Assembly (NCBI RefSeq): GCF_013315695.1
Contig: NZ_CP054353.1
Source: Escherichia coli
GTDB taxonomy: Bacteria; Pseudomonadota; Gammaproteobacteria; Enterobacterales; Enterobacteriaceae
DNA: 64,000 bases
Direction: 5' to 3' (one strand)
Positions 1 through 7,107 of the stretch are shown piece by piece. Below the pieces are notes generated by a model. That model made no database searches, was not told the DNA's origin, and saw only the letters and a program-made list of their open reading frames with translations. Every line of letters begins with the position of its first letter. The first letter of the stretch is position 1. Made by a program: the position numbers and the translations under genes.

Positions 1-11
1 GAATCCCCCCG

Positions 12-1067
12 TTAACCAATTTTGACGGTAACAAATTTGCGAATATCTGCCGGAACCGGCTGCGGTGCGCTGTGCGTCTGCACGTACTCAATCGCCGGAT
101 CGCCGTCCTCAATCCAGTTTTTCGGGTAAAACATGTTTTGCGTTGCGCCCGTTCTTACCGCTTCCTGTTCCAGGATCGCACCATAGGCCACCAGCCCTTT
201 ATTGTTGGTGTTGCCCAGGACCAGCAAATCAGGCTCAAGGAAATATTTTTCTGTGCCGTCGCTGTCAGTGTATTTGCCGGAATAGACGATAAGGGCCAGA
301 TCACCAAGATAGCCTTTAAAGCTCACCACTTCGCCCAGGTTTTTACATGCCAGCTCTGCGGCGGATTCTGAACCACGGGAGAGATCGTACAGTTCACGGA
401 ATTTTTTAAAGCTGCGTAACATGCGCCATACATCAACGCCCATAATCATGACGTTTGCGGGGCAACCTGCCTGATCTGCGTATAGCTCAATGTCATAGAT
501 TGGGTCGTGTATGTCTTTGTCCTGCTCTGACCATTTTTTACCGTCGGCCTGCTCTATGATGTTTTTTTCCGGTATCTTCCAGTCGATTTCATAGCGCTCT
601 ATGCCTTCGCCCTCAATGATGTTTTTTCCGGTCGTTACCGCATTTACCGCCAGCCATTCCACGCGCGCTTTAATGGCGTTTATCTGGCGGCGCATGTTGC
701 CAGTAATCAGGCGCATACGGCGGTAGGTAGGGTCGTTAAGCTGTGCTGGATCTTCTCCAGCCATGCGCATTATTGTTTTTAATGGATCGATTTCGTGTTT
801 TGGCTTCATGTAGCCAGGGCGAATAATGCTTGTTTCGTACCCTTTATCGCGCTGAACCTGGCTACCCACCATAGGCGAACAAAACGCCGACATAGTGACT
901 TCTTCAATATCCAGGTTATCTAACATGATGTCCTGTGTGTTGAATGTCGCCACGTTCGGGAAAAACAGCGCGGTAAACAGCGGACTGAATTTAAATTCCG
1001 CAATATCCTCGCGATTCAGGTACGCAAAAAGCTGGTTAGTGTTAAGTGCTATTGCTTTTACTGTCAT
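12..1067 (-). CDS. Major capsid protein, lambda gpE-like family
   Basis: A 351-aa ORF whose length and sequence character fit the phage major capsid protein E family. Its start overlaps the stop of the upstream small ORF, and it lies in a separately promoted operon. Confidence 0.75.
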   Translation of the reverse strand: MTVKAIALNTNQLFAYLNREDIAEFKFSPLFTALFFPNVATFNTQDIMLDNLDIEEVTMSAFCSPMVGSQVQRDKGYETSIIRPGYMKPKHEIDPLKTIMRMAGEDPAQLNDPTYRRMRLITGNMRRQINAIKARVEWLAVNAVTTGKNIIEGEGIERYEIDWKIPEKNIIEQADGKKWSEQDKDIHDPIYDIELYADQAGCPANVMIMGVDVWRMLRSFKKFRELYDLSRGSESAAELACKNLGEVVSFKGYLGDLALIVYSGKYTDSDGTEKYFLEPDLLVLGNTNNKGLVAYGAILEQEAVRTGATQNMFYPKNWIEDGDPAIEYVQTHSAPQPVPADIRKFVTVKIG

Positions 1068-1273
1068 TATTCACCCCCGTGAACCTGATTCATACCCAGC
1101 GCCGCGCGTAAATAGGCGCGTACCTGCCAGCCTGTTGACGGCTCAACCATCGCCAGCGGATCAAGTCCTGCCGCAATGCCTGCTTTTACGTTCTGCTGGT
1201 GGCGTTCCTTGAGCGCCTTCACGATGTCGGGGCTTATGTACACCGAAACACCGCCTTTTTTCTCTTCAGCCAT
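1067..1273 (-). CDS. Hypothetical 68-aa protein, first gene of the capsid operon
   Basis: An ORF with an AGAGGA Shine-Dalgarno upstream, translationally coupled to the capsid gene. I recognise no family. Confidence 0.5.
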   Translation of the reverse strand: MAEEKKGGVSVYISPDIVKALKERHQQNVKAGIAAGLDPLAMVEPSTGWQVRAYLRAALGMNQVHGGE

Positions 1274-1302
1274 AGTAAGAAATTCCTCTTTGACTTAAAA
1301 AA

Positions 1303-1357
1303 TCATAACTGGATGTTCATCCAGTTATGATTATAATCATGATTGCATTTTGTGCAA
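1303..1357 (-). promoter_or_regulatory. Candidate late-operon promoter (-35 TTGCAC 1352-1357, 16-nt spacer, perfect -10 TATAAT 1330-1335) with a 28-bp palindromic operator (1303-1330)
   Basis: TCATAACTGGATG-tt-CATCCAGTTATGA has perfect 13-bp arms and lies immediately downstream of the -10, over the predicted start site. It overlaps the 14-bp palindrome ATGATTATAATCAT (1327-1340). Confidence 0.45.
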
Positions 1358-1437
1358 TGATATTGAGTTGCGTTGCAAATTATGAAATTATTATCCCGAT
1401 CATGTGTGTCAGTGCACCAAAAAACCTCATATGCAAA

Positions 1438-1476
1438 AGCCCGATAAGCCACCTCTGACCTTATCGGGCTTTTTTT
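1438..1476. terminator. Rho-independent terminator hairpin (bidirectional appearance)
   Basis: An 11-bp stem AGCCCGATAAG/CTTATCGGGCT with a T-run on the plus side and an A-run on the other side. Confidence 0.55.
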
Positions 1477-1482
1477 GGGCGC

Positions 1483-1506
1483 AAAAAAGCCGGATTGCTC
1501 CGGCTG
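1483..1506 (-). terminator. Rho-independent terminator after the PerC-like gene
   Basis: On the minus strand the stem AGCCGGA/TCCGGCT is followed by TTTTTT, about 20 nt after the stop at 1528. Confidence 0.6.
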
Positions 1507-1527
1507 TGTGGTGTGGTTCTGGTATTC

Positions 1528-1776
1528 CTACTCTGCTAATTTGCTCAGCCCCATGTCTGCGTAAGTGCGATTTACTGCATTTCTCAGGTCTGCATAGTTC
1601 TCCGTTGGCGGCTCCGGTGGCCTCTGTGCCTTCCTGGAACATTCCAGCCGTCGCATCGTGATGTGATGCCGTTCCTTGTCTGTCTCCACCAGCATCATGA
1701 CTTCACCCCATCGCGCCGCCGCCCTCCGGTAAAATCCTTTCGCTTCGAGTTCTTCCGCTATGCGGTCATGTACCAT
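1528..1776 (-). CDS. PerC-family transcriptional activator-like protein (82 aa from internal Met)
   Basis: The N-terminus MVHDRIAEELEAKGFYRRAAARWGEVM matches the LE-KG-YRRAA-RW signature I associate with PerC/Pch proteins. The longer track ORF overlaps ssb and is unlikely to be real. Confidence 0.5.
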   Translation of the reverse strand: MVHDRIAEELEAKGFYRRAAARWGEVMMLVETDKERHHITMRRLECSRKAQRPPEPPTENYADLRNAVNRTYADMGLSKLAE

Positions 1777-1786
1777 CGTCACCCCC

Positions 1787-2197
1787 TCAGAACGGAATAT
1801 CATCACCGTAAGGGTCATCGCCTCCCGCTGGTGGCTGATTACCCTGTGCGCCTGTGGTTTTGCGTCTGTTCCCGCCAGGACGTGCCGCACGGGCACTGAT
1901 TACGCTGTCTGCAATAACCTGATAACCCTGACGCGTCTCCCCGTTCTGTCCGGTCCACTGGCTTACCTGCATCGTGCCGGATACGCTGGCAACGTCGCCT
2001 TTTTGATGTTTAGCCAGGAAGTCGGCCTGCTTACCAAATGCGATGACCGATAGCCATAACGTCGCCTGTCCGTCCTGTGCCTGACTGCATGGCAGTGATA
2101 CCGCCATACGCGCCAGCGTCATCGGTGTGCCCTTGCTGGTCTGTTTTACCTGCGGGTCGTCCACCAGCCGACCGTAAGCCGCTATCTGTGCTGTCAT
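1787..2197 (-). CDS. ssb: Single-stranded DNA-binding protein
   Basis: A 136-aa protein with an OB-fold-like N-terminus, a Gly/Pro-rich linker and the canonical acidic C-terminal tip DDIPF. Confidence 0.85.
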   Translation of the reverse strand: MTAQIAAYGRLVDDPQVKQTSKGTPMTLARMAVSLPCSQAQDGQATLWLSVIAFGKQADFLAKHQKGDVASVSGTMQVSQWTGQNGETRQGYQVIADSVISARAARPGGNRRKTTGAQGNQPPAGGDDPYGDDIPF

Positions 2198-2457
2198 GAT
2201 TCCACCTCTCCGGTTTTAACGTTGATGGTTGTTACCTGTTCCGCTTCGGCAATCTCCCGTTCTGTCAGCGTGGCAAAGTTTGCCGCCGCCGTGGTCATGA
2301 ATGCGCTTATCAGGTCGGGATGTTCCTTCGCGTATCCTTCCCGCGTGTGGCGGTCTATCGTTCTGATTGCCACCTTTAAGGTGTGCTCAGTCATGTCTAA
2401 CGCTTTATATTTTGGCTCTGTTCTGTCTCTGCGTGTTCTGGTCATTTGCCACCTCAA
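2194..2457 (-). CDS. Hypothetical 87-aa protein
   Basis: An ORF whose stop overlaps the ssb start (ATGA coupling), immediately downstream of the origin region. Confidence 0.45.
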   Translation of the reverse strand: MRWQMTRTRRDRTEPKYKALDMTEHTLKVAIRTIDRHTREGYAKEHPDLISAFMTTAAANFATLTEREIAEAEQVTTINVKTGEVES

Positions 2458-2477
2458 TTTATATATATAGAAACATG

Positions 2478-2793
2478 TGCGGGTTATGCGGGTTATTGGG
2501 TTATCTTAGCGTGCTAACCATTTTTTATCCTTTTATATCAGTATTTTGCAAAACACCCTGTTTATTATTTGCCCACCACGTAACCCGCAAAACGCTCAAA
2601 ATAACCCGCAAACGGGGTTTTTTCTGCGGGTTACGCATGACTGTCCGGTGTTACTTCAGTTATTCGCCTGCGGGTTATAATCGTGCTTTTGCGGGTTATA
2701 AATGCCCTTTTGCGGGTTACGTGCGGGTTATTGGTTTCCTTTATATTCATGCACTTAATACACTTATACACAGGATAACCCGCATAACCCGCA
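2478..2793. repeat. Replication-origin iteron array: 11 copies of TGCGGGTTA(T/C) in both orientations, with flanking AT-rich tracts
   Basis: Plus-orientation copies start at 2478, 2488, 2625, 2669, 2690, 2711 and 2722. Complement-orientation copies are at 2581, 2601, 2775 and 2785. AT-rich stretches lie at 2455-2475 and 2521-2570, directly downstream of the primase/helicase gene. Confidence 0.7.
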
Positions 2794-2815
2794 ATTTTTT
2801 TCCTCACACAGGGGA

Positions 2816-4954
2816 TTAATCTTCATCATCAGGCTGGAACATCAGCACGTAAAAAACATGCTGCTTACCCCCAATCTTGCCCAGCGCCTTTTTTTTGTAT
2901 CGGCGATCGCTTCCCTTCTCCAGCATTCCGGCAGCATCCAGGGCACGCGCAAAATGCGCCGGATTAAATCCCTTCGCTATCTCACTCTCAAACACGTGCG
3001 GGAACGTGTAATAGCGCATCTCGTCATCTTCGTTGCGAATGCTCCCTTTTCTGTATCCGGCAAGCTCTTTAATCGGTAAATCACGCTCATCTGTATTGGG
3101 GTACGGAAGGTAGCGGCTAAACCCAAACGACGACAAAAACGCCTCAGCCTGTTCAACCATCTGTTTAAATTCCCTGTTACCCGTGCCGAACTCCTTCACC
3201 CAGGCATTAAAGTTATGCTGTATCGCGTCGCGGCATTCCTGCACGACCCAGCCAGTTACATGACCGGAAAGCACAAGCGCGGCCTCCAGTATGGCGAAAC
3301 GTTCACCCACGCGGTGGACCTGCTCGCCGTAGCTCTCCGGTATCAGGTTGCGCCACCGTTCGCGGCATTCCCTTACCGTATCCTTTGCCTCCTGCTGGTG
3401 GCCTGCCAGCCATTTAACCCACTCACGACCCGCCGCCCCGTGATTTGCTGTCCAGGCATCCTTTAACGCGTCAGCATGTTCCTTACCGTTGCTGTATTCG
3501 TGAAATTTCGTGGCTTTTTCCATCGGAACGTTAAGCAGTCGGACAAGCTGCCCCGCCTTAACTTTTATCCCCTCACTTTTGAGGAATGTCTCAACGTCCA
3601 TTTCTCCGGTGCTGATTGCCACCGTTCGCCAGTGTTTGATCTCCCTGTTGCCGCCATCCTTCGCCCCCTGCAATTTCCCTGAACCGTTAAACAGCGTATA
3701 AGCAGACGTTGACACTTCCCGCGCATTTCCGGCCTGGCCTATCTCATCCAGTGGTAAAAGCCCGTCATTATGGGCCTCGGCCTCATTGGCAATACCTAAC
3801 GCCGTGCCGTACCAGGTCAGCCGCTGCGCGTCCGGCTCTCCCCATAAACTTGATGCGATGTTCTGCGTGGTGGTCTTACCTGCCGATGACTGTTCGAAAA
3901 GATGCACCCCGAAGCCGTCAGCACCCACAAGGCCAATTAAAGGCGCTGCCAGTGACGTTGCCACACCCAGCATCATTGAGGCATTACCGCCAGCCAGCCG
4001 CGCCACACTCTCGCGCCAGCCCTCCGCCGTACCCGCCACGGAATAACCGTTAATCGCGGCGCTTTTTCCGGTAAACAGGATCGGTTTTTCAGAATCACCA
4101 ATGATCGAACCGTCCGGCATGATGTACGCGCCAAAATGCCAGCCCGTTGTTGTGCTTAACTGCCATTCCTCATGGCTTCCGCTTAACTGCATCCAGTCCG
4201 CCAGGATTGCCCTGTATTTGCCGTTGGTTGTCACGTTCAGCCCGTGATCTTTAAGTAACCGCCAGCCGTCACGGTCGCCGATACCACCACACGGGATCGC
4301 CATTGTGATGACTTCATGATTTGCTAATTTTTTCCAGCGCATGACGCGGTAATGCTCTTTACCGATCGTCCCCGTTCCCAGTAGTTCAAGCGGAGAACAT
4401 AACCACGTCTCAGGCCGGATAATTTCGCCTGACTGCTTATCCACTTTGGGCGTTACCCAGAAAACACCATCGGCGCGACTTTCAACGCGTGGCTTTAATT
4501 CGTCATCGCTATGGCTTCCGGTATCTTTTTTCTTTACCGGAAACTCAATAACCAGACCATCAGAAAGATTCTGCCGCTCACGGGCCAGATATTCGCGCCA
4601 GTTCTCCACCTCCTGACCGTGCATTCCATCAGGGTAAAAATTTGCATCCTGTACGCCTGCCGCCGCCAGCTTCTGACCAATCGCCTTGATCATTACTGGC
4701 TCAAGATGTCCGGCCCTGAATATGCGTACTGATTTTCGGCCTTCCGGCACAATTTGCAGCTTATCCAGTTCGGCAAGTTGTTGCTCTCCAAGCCAGACAG
4801 GAGGCACGTTATCGCCAGCCAGTCGCCCGTCCTGTTCCTGCCACTGTTTCGCATGTGCCCAGGCATCACTACCCGCAAAAATGATGACTTCCGTCATTTT
4901 GTCACGTGGCTGGTGTTTTAAATTTGGCGCTTTTTTCATTTCTGCTCTCTCCAC
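2816..4954 (-). CDS. Satellite replication protein: primase/helicase (TOPRIM-like N-terminus plus DUF927-type P-loop domain)
   Basis: A 712-aa ORF with Walker A SSAGKTTT and a Walker B-like LLPLDEIG. It has the size and position typical of P4-alpha/PICI Pri-Rep proteins. Confidence 0.75.
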   Translation of the reverse strand: MERAEMKKAPNLKHQPRDKMTEVIIFAGSDAWAHAKQWQEQDGRLAGDNVPPVWLGEQQLAELDKLQIVPEGRKSVRIFRAGHLEPVMIKAIGQKLAAAGVQDANFYPDGMHGQEVENWREYLARERQNLSDGLVIEFPVKKKDTGSHSDDELKPRVESRADGVFWVTPKVDKQSGEIIRPETWLCSPLELLGTGTIGKEHYRVMRWKKLANHEVITMAIPCGGIGDRDGWRLLKDHGLNVTTNGKYRAILADWMQLSGSHEEWQLSTTTGWHFGAYIMPDGSIIGDSEKPILFTGKSAAINGYSVAGTAEGWRESVARLAGGNASMMLGVATSLAAPLIGLVGADGFGVHLFEQSSAGKTTTQNIASSLWGEPDAQRLTWYGTALGIANEAEAHNDGLLPLDEIGQAGNAREVSTSAYTLFNGSGKLQGAKDGGNREIKHWRTVAISTGEMDVETFLKSEGIKVKAGQLVRLLNVPMEKATKFHEYSNGKEHADALKDAWTANHGAAGREWVKWLAGHQQEAKDTVRECRERWRNLIPESYGEQVHRVGERFAILEAALVLSGHVTGWVVQECRDAIQHNFNAWVKEFGTGNREFKQMVEQAEAFLSSFGFSRYLPYPNTDERDLPIKELAGYRKGSIRNEDDEMRYYTFPHVFESEIAKGFNPAHFARALDAAGMLEKGSDRRYKKKALGKIGGKQHVFYVLMFQPDDED

Positions 4955-5235
4955 GCGGCAATCATGTTTTTCAGTTCCTGTAGTTTTTTATCCACATCCA
5001 CACGTGACACATGGTTATTTCTGGAAGTCGGGATTTCCCGCCTGAATCTGCTAATAAAGATCTCCACGTTCAGCGAACTATGAAATGAATAGCCATCACG
5101 AATAAAATACACACGGTCAAACATCAGTTCTTTTACCGTTACTCTGTTGCCGTTCTTATCCAGATAAATAGCGCCGGGGATAATTTTGGGGTGTGCATAA
5201 CCGCTGGCAGTCAAGCCAGATAAATATGTTCTCAT
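4936..5235 (-). CDS. Hypothetical 99-aa protein
   Basis: An ORF in the same operon whose end overlaps the primase start. No family recognised. Confidence 0.5.
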   Translation of the reverse strand: MRTYLSGLTASGYAHPKIIPGAIYLDKNGNRVTVKELMFDRVYFIRDGYSFHSSLNVEIFISRFRREIPTSRNNHVSRVDVDKKLQELKNMIAAWREQK

Positions 5236-5241
5236 GATTAT

Positions 5242-5562
5242 TTATCCCCGATTTGAATCAGTATTCGCTTTCTTTATAGCATTTAATGCATTTGTGGCAT
5301 TTTCAATGGTGCACCGTAACGAAATATCAAACTGCCCAAGCATTGCCAGTAACAAACCGATATTACCCATATCAATGCGCATGGCCTTTTCGTCATATTC
5401 CTCATTTTCTGACGCATACCACATCAGGCTACCAATTGACGCAATACCCATTGATATATTGTCAGTAGCCCCATCCGCAGCGGAATAAACTTTTTTAGCA
5501 ATATCATGCTCACAGTTAAAATGCGGATTAATCAGGTACTGGTAATTGGTCATGTCAGGCAT
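5242..5562 (-). CDS. Hypothetical 106-aa protein
   Basis: An ORF tightly packed between its neighbours. No family recognised. Confidence 0.5.
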   Translation of the reverse strand: MPDMTNYQYLINPHFNCEHDIAKKVYSAADGATDNISMGIASIGSLMWYASENEEYDEKAMRIDMGNIGLLLAMLGQFDISLRCTIENATNALNAIKKANTDSNRG

Positions 5563-5758
5563 GGCACACCCCCTGACGAATACGGGCGGCGAATACCATC
5601 ACGCAGCCAGCCGGGGATTGCTGGCGTGCTTCCTGTTCGCTGCTGGCCTCAATGGTAATCACGCGCGGTTGTGCCGTGCTCAGGGCGATAAAACGCCAGA
5701 TGTATTTATTCAGGTTGTGCGAGTCCCGCCCTTGCGGGTGTGTGGTATGATTTAACAT
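5555..5758 (-). CDS. Small 67-aa protein, possibly Icd-like (cell-division inhibitor family often annotated in P4-like islands)
   Basis: Only the C-terminal 67 codons (from the ATG at 5758) of the 335-aa track ORF are plausible. The pattern IWRF..A..(n)EQEAR..(n)VFAARI resembles Icd-like proteins, but I assign this from memory only. Confidence 0.35.
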   Translation of the reverse strand: MLNHTTHPQGRDSHNLNKYIWRFIALSTAQPRVITIEASSEQEARQQSPAGCVMVFAARIRQGVCHA

Positions 5759-5839
5759 AGCTACCTCGATACTGTTGCTATCGTTGGTTGTTAGACGCCC
5801 TGCATGTGTTGCGAGCACTGCGGGGCGTTGCTCTTTCAG

Positions 5840-5885
5840 GTGTATTTCACCTTTGCTTTTTAATTTACTCACTGGTGAAATACAC
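5840..5885. promoter_or_regulatory. 12-bp perfect inverted repeat GTGTATTTCACC / GGTGAAATACAC separated by 22 bp, in the divergent control region
   Basis: Seen directly in the sequence. It lies between the leftward early operon (start 5758) and the rightward RHH gene (start 5952). Confidence 0.4.
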
Positions 5886-5951
5886 TTCAAGCCTTTTTTT
5901 ATCATTTTTTTTGCGTATACTGACATACACCAATTTTTAGGAGATCCAGAA

Positions 5952-6131
5952 ATGGCAACTGGTGCAAAGAACGCAAAATCACAAATGACAACTGTCAGAA
6001 TCCCACATGAAGTAATGGATGATATTGAGCAACTTAAAGAACCTGGCGAAAGTACCGCTGGTTTTTTAGTTACTGCCGCAAAAGGCGAGATCAAACGCCG
6101 CCAGCGCCGCAAGGCCAAAGAATCAGAATAA
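5952..6131 (+). CDS. Ribbon-helix-helix (CopG/Arc-like) small DNA-binding protein, 59 aa
   Basis: An AGGAG Shine-Dalgarno lies upstream. TTVRIPHEVMDDIEQL fits the RHH beta-strand plus helix pattern, and the tail is basic. Confidence 0.45.
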   Translation: MATGAKNAKSQMTTVRIPHEVMDDIEQLKEPGESTAGFLVTAAKGEIKRRQRRKAKESE

Positions 6132-6188
6132 TCACTATCAGCGCCGTGGCGTGAGGTACTCCGGCGCATTGCTTTACAGGTCAGTACT

Positions 6189-6398
6189 ATGAGCAAAAAA
6201 CACCGATCAGCAGATGAGATTTTTGCAGAACAACGAAGATTGCTTTTGCAAAGTATCATTTCACGCCAGCAAGAGAAGGCGCGAGCTAAACAAATGCCAC
6301 CAAATACAGAACCAGCGCCTACAAGATTTGCGCTTGATGATTTTCTCGATAAACACCCCAGGGTAATGAAAGCAAACAAAAACCGCCCACCAGCCTGA
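6189..6398 (+). CDS. Hypothetical 69-aa basic protein
   Basis: An ORF following the RHH gene on the same strand, ended by the terminator at 6442-6469. Confidence 0.4.
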   Translation: MSKKHRSADEIFAEQRRLLLQSIISRQQEKARAKQMPPNTEPAPTRFALDDFLDKHPRVMKANKNRPPA

Positions 6399-6441
6399 TA
6401 GCGGCTATCATCCCCGTGCTTATGTTTAGTGTTTCCAAACT

Positions 6442-6469
6442 GGCGACCTCCCAAGGTCGCCTTTTTTTT
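6442..6469 (+). terminator. Rho-independent terminator
   Basis: The stem GGCGACC/GGTCGCC is followed by T8. Confidence 0.65.
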
Positions 6470-6488
6470 ATGTGCCATTGTCACCACC

Positions 6489-6698
6489 TCAAGCGGCCTT
6501 GCCTGAATTAATGCGTTCGCGGTTTTTGACCCACGCCACAACCTCAGACTTAACCCAGCCAACAGAACGACCGCCGAGACTGATACGGGAGGGGAAGCGG
6601 CCCTGCTTTTCCATCTCGTAACGAGTTGTGCGGCAAACGCCTGTTAGCTCTCTGCATTCTTTTTCGCGGATTACGCGATCTTCATTTATTTCACGCAT
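6489..6698 (-). CDS. alpA: AlpA-family (MerR-like HTH) prophage/satellite regulator, 69 aa
   Basis: MREINEDRVIREKECRELTGVCRTTRYEMEKQGRFP has the typical AlpA HTH. It lies next to the integrase on the same strand. Confidence 0.75.
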   Translation of the reverse strand: MREINEDRVIREKECRELTGVCRTTRYEMEKQGRFPSRISLGGRSVGWVKSEVVAWVKNRERINSGKAA

Positions 6699-7107
6699 AC
6701 AAAAACCTACATAAAAATTACGTATATAAACTTTTCTCTTAGCTGTAGATATATGAGATCGGATATTACTTAGATTCTTTTTCACCTCTTAAATTAAAAA
6801 CACAACCATGCTAAAGGCTTTGTTCGCTAAGGTTCGTAGAAGCTCGTTAGTGTTTAAAATCGTGTCACGAGTTTTTAAGCGACGCAACAAAAAATGTCGT
6901 TATTTGGCATGACACCTGAATTACCTCATTAAAAACAAATAGATAAACCATCAGGTGTTGGAACAATCAAGAAACAGAGAATAAGAACTAAGAAGAAGAC
7001 ATTTCAAATTTTTTCAATACTTGACACATATAAATCGTCGATATTTGCCGATATTCGACGATTTATTTTAGAGGGCCATTTTTCGCAAGAAAAACAGCCG
7101 TAATTTG

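Noticed and set aside
2478-2793. Possible CRISPR array, because of many short repeats
   Set aside because: The repeat unit is only 9-10 bp, occurs in both orientations with irregular spacing (0-130 bp), and has no cas genes nearby. The pattern fits replication iterons, not CRISPR.
5555-6562. 335-aa minus-strand ORF spanning the satellite control region
   Set aside because: It runs antisense through two better-supported plus-strand genes, a strong terminator and the divergent promoter region. Its sequence is low-complexity and Arg/Ser/Cys-rich. Only the last 67 codons (from the ATG at 5758) sit in a sensible operon context.
7043-7075. Inverted repeat AAATCGTCGATAT...ATATTCGACGATTT downstream of int, as a possible att core or operator
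   Set aside because: It lies between int and alpA, well inside the element, with a T-rich tail on the int strand. It is most simply the int transcription terminator, and there is not enough evidence for anything more.
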